IMG/VR virus record: IMGVR_UViG_3300045988_088117
Span: 1-43,392 of that record
Reading direction: 5' to 3' (one strand)
DNA: 43,392 nucleotides
Origin: a virus
Shown here: positions 40,788-43,392 of the stretch, piece by piece
Layout: every line of letters starts with the position of its first letter
Position numbering within the stretch: the stretch's first letter is position 1
Notes under the pieces: model-generated
The model's database searches: none
Told to the model about the DNA's origin: nothing
What the model saw: the letters and a program-made list of their open reading frames with translations, nothing else
Position numbers and translations under genes: made by a program

Positions 40788-41738
40788 TCAGGCCGTAAAG
40801 CCGCACTCGATGCGTACAGCAAACTCCGGCTGCAACAGCTTGGCAGCAAAGCCGTCCAGCTTCCAGCCGACGGAAGAAATCTGGTCAAGCGGGTCGCCCG
40901 TGCCTGCGCTGCCCGGATTCTTGGCGATGATGCGCGGATTGGCGCCCTTGAGGCTGGTGATGCCGTAGGCGTACTGACCCAGAACGATGACGCTTGCCAC
41001 GTCCGCGCTGCTCTCGCCCGCGTCCTCGAAGATCTTGGCTTCCGTGCTCTCAACAAAGCGAACGCCGAACAGGCGGCCGACCTCGCCCGTGTAGATGTTC
41101 TCCTTATCCTGATACTGGCTGACCTTCACCCACGCGTCGTCTTCCTGCAAGTCGTAGGTGGTATCCGGACCGACGATGGCGATGTAATAGCCGTTAAACG
41201 TCTGCGCGTGGCTCTTCTTGAGCGTTTTCACCGCCTTGCGGATTTCCTTGCTCGTCAGCTTGTCCGTCGGTGTCAGGGTGGCGCGGGTAGTCTTTCCGTT
41301 GGCATAGATGACGTTGGTACAGGTCGCCAGTTCGTCGCGCACCATCGCGTCAACGCTTCGCGCGCCCGCGTCGCCGAAGAGCTTCGTGCGGCGCATGATG
41401 TTCATGTCAAGATGCACCATGTCCAGCCAGTCGCTGCACAGCGCGTAGTCGCCATACTGCTTGATTTCGGTCGTCACCGCAACTTCGGCAAGCATCTTGC
41501 CCTCGCCCGGATTGCCCTCTTCAAGTGCCGTGGTCTTTGCATCGATGGGAATCAGTTTGCGCATGTTCATCACCACGCCGCTGTTCGCGGGCATGCGGTA
41601 CTCATCGCCAAACTGCAAGTGAACCAGATTCGGTTCAAACGTCCGCAGCAGCTCCCTGTTGTAGTAGGTCTGCATGCCCGGCGTCAGACCGGAACTGGTC
41701 GTCATGTTCGTATTCGTATTGGTATAGGTGTTCGCCAT
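40788..41738 (-). CDS. Major capsid protein (HK97-fold; N4-gp56-like family by N-terminal pattern)
   Basis: 316 aa. Contains GLTPGMQTYYNRELLRTFEPNLVHLQFGDEYRMPANSGVVMNMRKL. Follows the scaffold gene and has its own terminator downstream. Confidence 0.75.
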   Translation of the reverse strand: MANTYTNTNTNMTTSSGLTPGMQTYYNRELLRTFEPNLVHLQFGDEYRMPANSGVVMNMRKLIPIDAKTTALEEGNPGEGKMLAEVAVTTEIKQYGDYALCSDWLDMVHLDMNIMRRTKLFGDAGARSVDAMVRDELATCTNVIYANGKTTRATLTPTDKLTSKEIRKAVKTLKKSHAQTFNGYYIAIVGPDTTYDLQEDDAWVKVSQYQDKENIYTGEVGRLFGVRFVESTEAKIFEDAGESSADVASVIVLGQYAYGITSLKGANPRIIAKNPGSAGTGDPLDQISSVGWKLDGFAAKLLQPEFAVRIECGFTA

Positions 41739-41750
41739 AAAGAATCCTCC

Positions 41751-42521
41751 TTAGATTCTGACTTGCTTGCCCTCCATCATCATTTTCTGCGCCCTGTCAG
41801 AAAAGCGGGCAAACTCTTCGTCCGTCATGTTTTCAATCGGGTTTTCGCCCGTCACGCGGCCGCTTCCGGCCGTTCTGGCCGTCGGCACGCCGCGCTTGTG
41901 GGTTGCGCCGCCGGATTCCGCTTCGCCGCTGACGCGCTGCAAATAAGCCTTTGCCGCCCTGCGGATGCTCACGCCGCTGTTGACCTGACGCGCGACTTCG
42001 GCGTCGCTGCAAAAAGCCTGCATTTCACCAGTTGTCCATCCGTCTTCAATCAACATGTTCAGCTGCTCGGTAATCCGCGCTTTGCGCTCGTCAATCTGCG
42101 ATGCCGCCGCCTTTTCCTGCGCTTCGACAATCTTCTGCGCGGCCTTGGGGCTGATGTCGCTGTCGGCGCTCGAAATCTTCTGCGCGCGGTATGCCCGCAG
42201 CGCATTTGCGATTTCCTCGTCGTTCAGATCGCCCGCAGCGCCTCTCACCCTTGCGGAAAAATCCAGATCCTTCTGGAAACCGCGCTTCTGGTTGGCCAGT
42301 GCGGACGCAATCCGTCTGCCGAATTTGTCCTTGTTGTCTTCCGGTTCTCCCTGCTGCTGATCCTTCGTTTCGGGGCCGCCGTCGCCCTCATGTTCGGCCG
42401 TTTCGTTCGTTTCCGATTCTGCCGCAGTCAGCGTTTCAACCAGTTCGTCAACCGTCACTTCCTGCGCGTCGTCCGCAGGCATATCGTTCATCATTTCGAC
42501 CGCATTTTCCAATTCGTTCAT
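41751..42521 (-). CDS. Scaffolding protein
   Basis: 256 aa, acidic and helical. Lies between the portal and major capsid genes. Confidence 0.55.
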   Translation of the reverse strand: MNELENAVEMMNDMPADDAQEVTVDELVETLTAAESETNETAEHEGDGGPETKDQQQGEPEDNKDKFGRRIASALANQKRGFQKDLDFSARVRGAAGDLNDEEIANALRAYRAQKISSADSDISPKAAQKIVEAQEKAAASQIDERKARITEQLNMLIEDGWTTGEMQAFCSDAEVARQVNSGVSIRRAAKAYLQRVSGEAESGGATHKRGVPTARTAGSGRVTGENPIENMTDEEFARFSDRAQKMMMEGKQVRI

Positions 42522-42551
42522 GTGTTCTCCTTATCGCGCCTTTCCGCGTTG

Positions 42552-43392
42552 TCATTCTTCCTGAGAATCGTTGTCTTGAAGCAGCCCGCTGTAATCCGCG
42601 TTTTGCCGCTTCTGTTCAATCTCGGCGGGCGTTGCGTCCGCCTTTCGGTATTCGTTGAGCACCGCCTGCATGCCCTGATTCTGCGCCATCGCCTGTTCAA
42701 GCTGCTGCTGAAGCTGGGCAATCATGGCTTGCGTCTGGCTGTTCGCCTGTACCATTTTGAGCACGCTTGCTTTCGTGCGGTATCCTTCCATCAGGCTGAT
42801 GACCGATTCCGGCGGAAGCGCCTGTCCGGCCTGCCCGCAAATCTGCGATACCTGCATCAAGAATTCGTTGTCCGCCTGAATTTGCAGTGGGTTGTTCTTC
42901 TGCACCTGGACGCGCACCGTGTACGCGGGCTTGGGCAGCTTCCCTCCGTTCCTGCTTGGGGCAATCAGCTCGACTATCCGGTCTTTCATGTTGCCGCTGC
43001 TGTCCCAGCCGCCGACAATCCTAATTTTCCTTTCCGCGTCCAGATAGTCCGAGAGCACCCAGAGAATCTGCTCGACCATCTTGCGGAAAGCGTTTTTGAA
43101 TCGCTCCGTATGCAGGCGCGTCGTCTTGCCTCCCGCTTCCTGCAAAGCCTGAATCGCGCTCGCCGCCGTCACGCCCAAACCGCCTTCACCGCGCGAAAAC
43201 TGGTTCTGTCCGCTGTCCTGCTTCATGGTGTTGACCAGATAATCAAGCGTCGTGAATACCTGCCCGTTAATCGGATTGGCCTGCACCGTCTGCATCGCCT
43301 CGCGCACGTCGTTTCCTTCCCACTCGATGATGGTCTTGCGCATGTCGGCCACATCGTTTGGGTTTACGCCGCTCCCTTTGCGGATAAAGTGA
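42552..43392 (-). CDS. Portal protein, C-terminal part (same gene as 1..1117; 43274..43392 duplicates 1..119)
   Basis: The listed ORF starts MADMRKTIIEWEGND at a GTG, but the frame stays open upstream to the window end. Position after terL and a combined size near 612 aa are typical of a portal. Confidence 0.85.
   Translation of the reverse strand, partial: HFIRKGSGVNPNDVADMRKTIIEWEGNDVREAMQTVQANPINGQVFTTLDYLVNTMKQDSGQNQFSRGEGGLGVTAASAIQALQEAGGKTTRLHTERFKNAFRKMVEQILWVLSDYLDAERKIRIVGGWDSSGNMKDRIVELIAPSRNGGKLPKPAYTVRVQVQKNNPLQIQADNEFLMQVSQICGQAGQALPPESVISLMEGYRTKASVLKMVQANSQTQAMIAQLQQQLEQAMAQNQGMQAVLNEYRKADATPAEIEQKRQNADYSGLLQDNDSQEE
43274..43392. repeat. Terminal direct repeat, copy 2
   Basis: Exact copy of positions 1..119. 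Confidence 0.95.

Overview
The window is a complete, circularly permuted temperate phage or prophage genome. The first 119 nt are repeated exactly at the end, so the unit length is about 43,273 bp, and the portal gene wraps across the window ends. It looks GC-rich and Firmicutes/Clostridia-like (AGGAGG ribosome-binding sites, Clostridial-type holin); neither GC content nor host was computed or searched.

Nearly all genes are on the minus strand:
- Packaging and head: terS, terL, portal, scaffold, major capsid.
- Virion module without recognisable tail tube, sheath or tape measure (podovirus-like). It includes a 2,919-aa giant protein carrying an HExxH motif.
- Three collagen-like fibre genes.
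- Lysis cassette, followed by cargo genes behind a terminator.
- attP containing a tRNA 3' fragment.
- Replication/recombination module: Sak/Rad52-like protein, DnaD-like initiator, loader, SSB, RuvC-like resolvase, antirepressor.
- An ArpU/RinA-like late regulator.

Plus-strand genes are the integrase, a CI-like repressor, one lysogeny-oriented gene, and a 2.5-kb accessory island (3836-6666).

The most interesting signal lies in that island. Three about 105-nt minus-strand cassettes each consist of a consensus TTGACA-17/18-TATAAT promoter, a 35-37 nt CRISPR-repeat-like hairpin ending GGGATTGAAAT/C, a second short hairpin and an intrinsic terminator. They sit next to an RHH-regulated operon of small unknown proteins, so I read them as candidate RNA anti-CRISPRs in an anti-defence island.

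All coordinates were derived by hand and may be off by 1-3 nt. No database search was possible.
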